This document shows, piece after piece, positions 61,587 to 64,000 of a stretch of DNA of 64,000 nucleotides; position 1 is the first letter of the stretch, and each line of letters starts with the position of its first letter. Source of the stretch: an uncultured Pelagibacteraceae bacterium (GTDB lineage: Bacteria; Pseudomonadota; Alphaproteobacteria; Pelagibacterales; Pelagibacteraceae); assembly GCA_902579605.1 (NCBI GenBank), contig CACHHD010000002.1, positions 22,442-86,441 of the forward strand, written 5' to 3'. Under the pieces are notes generated by a model, which saw only the letters and a list, made by a program, of their open reading frames with translations, did not search any database and had not been told where the DNA came from. The position numbers and the translations under genes were made by a program.

Positions 61587-64000
61587 TCACATACCATCGT
61601 AAATACTTTTTCCATTTCCAAAATAACTTGAATAAATATGTTGGTAAACTTTCATAGTATTAGATTCTATCTCGCGGTCAGCATAAACTGTTTGTGGAAG
61701 ATGAAGTAAACAATCTCTAATAATTGTTTTAATTTGTGCTGTAATTTGCTGGCTTTCTCTCCATCTATCGATTTTAAGTTTTTCCTCTTTTAATATTTTA
61801 AGTGTTTTAATTGCAACTTCTTTAACAGTTTTAATATCTTTTTTATTTAAATTTTCTTTTTTTAACAAATCAAAAATTGCTAAGGTTTCTTCATCCAGAT
61901 TTTCTCTTATACTTCTATTTTCTTCTTCATCGAGTTCATTTACAAATTTAATTAAATCTTCAAAAGCTTTACGAACAGCTTCAGCGTCTTTTCCTTCGTT
62001 ATATTCTTGTATTATTTTTAAATATTTTTTATAAAAATCTGCTCTTTCTGGATTTTTTTGAATCATTCTTTTTAATTTTTTATCAATTGCATCTTTAAGA
62101 TCAAATACAGATTTATTTAAAGTTTTTTTCTTAAACAGTTCTTTTAATTTTTCAAAATCGAGCTTACTAAGGTCTATTTCAATATTTTCTCTATTATTAT
62201 CTTTTTTTATTTCAATAAATTCTCCTACATAATCTTGTAATTTTTTCATCACTTCTGTGATGTCTGTTTTTTTTATCTCTCGATTTAGGCTTCTGTAAAT
62301 AGCTTCTATTGCATCAAATTCTTTGCTAAATTGTTTAATTTCTTTTTCAGGATAAAGTGAATTAAATTTATTAATTACTATCTTTGCTTTAATTTCAAAT
62401 TCTGCTTTTGTATTATCATTTTGACAGACTGAATTAATAGCGTCTTGTATTAGTTTTAATTTTTCAACAGGAGAAGCCTCTATAAGTGAATCTAAATTAA
62501 ATGATAAATCTAAGAGTAATTTTTTAAGGTCTTTAATGGAGTTTTTTATTTCAAAAACTAATTGCTCGATATTTCTAGTCGGTTTTTCAATATCATCTTT
62601 ACCATCAGATTGGCTGTTGCTGCCTTCACCATAAATACTATAAGCTTGTTCTAGTTGTTTATAAACATTTCCATAATCTACTATCAAACCAAGTGTTTTC
62701 TCATCATCATAAACTCTGTTAGCCCTAGCAATAGTTTGCATTAATGTATGACCTTTAATTGGTTTATCTAAATAAATCGTTGATACACCTGGAGCATCAA
62801 AACCTGTAATCCACATGGCACAAACTATAACAAGTCTAAAAGGATTTTCATTATCTTTAAATTCCTCATCAAGTTGCCTACTAACCATTTTTCTTCTGTG
62901 TGTTTCAATATCAAGTTCAAGTTTTTTAAATTTATCTATTTCATTTTGCTCAGGGCTAACAACTACACAAATTTCAGTTTCAGATATTTTTTTTAATTTA
63001 TGTTTTAATTCTAATTTTAATGTTTCATCAATTGTAGAGTTAATTTTTTCTTTTAACTCGATCAAATAATCTTTCCAATATTTCGAAATGTATTCATACA
63101 TCTTAACTGCTGTTGGCTTATCAAGAGCTACGAACATTGCTTTACCTTGATATTTACGATCATTAAAATGCCATACAACATCTTTTGCAATTGATCTTAA
63201 TCTTTTTTCTGAAGTCATTATTGGATAATTGCCTTTAAGAGCCTGCTCTACTTTTTGTCTTTGGTCTTGATCTAAATCCTCTTTATTAATTATTTCGGTT
63301 AACTGATCGTCAATTTCTGGATTTTCGATATTTAACTTGTCCCCTCTATTTAGATATGTCAGAGGTAAGGTCGAACCATCATCTATTGAAGATTTAAAAT
63401 CATATATAGAAATATATTCTCCAAAAATATTTTTAGTAATTTCTTCTTCGCCACTAATTATTGGTGTACCAGTAAATCCAATATATGATGCATTAGGCAA
63501 AGCTTGAAATCTCATATTTCTTGCATAAACTCCACCTTGTGTTCTATGAGCCTCGTCTGATATGACTATGATATCTTTTCTCTCACTTAATAATGGATAT
63601 TCCTTTTCTTCTTTATTTGTCGAAAATTTATGAATTAATGTAAATACATATTTATGATTTTCTCTGAGAAGCTCTCTTAAATGATCTCTAGATTTAGCTA
63701 ACAAACTTTTATCTTTAACTGCACCTACTGCCGTAAAATTTTTATAAATTTGTGTTTGTAGCTCTTCTCTATCAAGAACAATAACAATAGTGTAACTTCC
63801 ATAAAATTTTCTATGAATTTTCTCAGCTAAAAAATACATAGAATAACTTTTTCCACTTCCCTGTGTGTGCCAAAAAACTCCTAATTTACCTTTCAGATCA
63901 TCTACTGATTTAATGTTTCCTATTACATTATTAACACCATGAAATTGATGATTTTTGGCTAAAATTTTAATTATCTTTCCACCTGAGTCTTCATAGGCAA
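61587..64000 (-). CDS. hsdR: Type I restriction endonuclease subunit R (5' part lies beyond the window end)
   Basis: Frame stays open to the window end and includes WHTQGSGKS (Walker A) upstream of the track's Met; DEAHR, GFTGTP, TGFDAP and LMQTIARANR helicase motifs; DUF3387-like C-terminus. Confidence 0.93.
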   Translation of the reverse strand, partial: AYEDSGGKIIKILAKNHQFHGVNNVIGNIKSVDDLKGKLGVFWHTQGSGKSYSMYFLAEKIHRKFYGSYTIVIVLDREELQTQIYKNFTAVGAVKDKSLLAKSRDHLRELLRENHKYVFTLIHKFSTNKEEKEYPLLSERKDIIVISDEAHRTQGGVYARNMRFQALPNASYIGFTGTPIISGEEEITKNIFGEYISIYDFKSSIDDGSTLPLTYLNRGDKLNIENPEIDDQLTEIINKEDLDQDQRQKVEQALKGNYPIMTSEKRLRSIAKDVVWHFNDRKYQGKAMFVALDKPTAVKMYEYISKYWKDYLIELKEKINSTIDETLKLELKHKLKKISETEICVVVSPEQNEIDKFKKLELDIETHRRKMVSRQLDEEFKDNENPFRLVIVCAMWITGFDAPGVSTIYLDKPIKGHTLMQTIARANRVYDDEKTLGLIVDYGNVYKQLEQAYSIYGEGSNSQSDGKDDIEKPTRNIEQLVFEIKNSIKDLKKLLLDLSFNLDSLIEASPVEKLKLIQDAINSVCQNDNTKAEFEIKAKIVINKFNSLYPEKEIKQFSKEFDAIEAIYRSLNREIKKTDITEVMKKLQDYVGEFIEIKKDNNRENIEIDLSKLDFEKLKELFKKKTLNKSVFDLKDAIDKKLKRMIQKNPERADFYKKYLKIIQEYNEGKDAEAVRKAFEDLIKFVNELDEEENRSIRENLDEETLAIFDLLKKENLNKKDIKTVKEVAIKTLKILKEEKLKIDRWRESQQITAQIKTIIRDCLLHLPQTVYADREIESNTMKVYQHIYSSYFGNGKSIYDGM

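Noticed and set aside
63837-63839. hsdR start at Met 63839, or a truncated hsdR pseudogene
   Set aside because: The frame is open to the window edge and includes Walker A upstream of this Met; the gene is simply cut by the window.

Overview
AT-rich, gene-dense alphaproteobacterial chromosome segment. Gene content, the SAM-V riboswitch, the two-piece tmRNA and very short intergenic spacers point to SAR11/Pelagibacterales (inference). About 60 kb is core or flexible metabolic genome: acnA (partial), two LIV-type ABC operons, proC, a beta-barrel OMP, tctABC next to glutarate dioxygenase glaH/csiD, azlCD, redox genes, cysE, and metY under a tandem SAM-II/terminator/SAM-V leader. It continues with a dimethylglycine dehydrogenase-like gene, etfBA and ETF-QO facing soxBDAG, a D-amino acid dehydrogenase operon, bactofilin-rodA-mrdA-mreDCB, leuA-ilvC-ilvN-ilvB, miaA, degP, hflCK, mrp and thyX. 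The last ~3.4 kb is the most unusual part. A circularly permuted tmRNA has its 3'-terminal 25 bp exactly duplicated 506 bp downstream. The two copies enclose one orphan membrane-protein gene flanked by 2+3 direct repeats at 11-bp spacing that resemble integrase arm sites, with no integrase inside. A different set of phased repeats and a type I restriction hsdR gene follow and run off the window. This looks like a stack of integrative elements at ssrA that includes a minimal, non-autonomous single-gene cassette. All calls were made by eye from sequence and translations; no searches were run.
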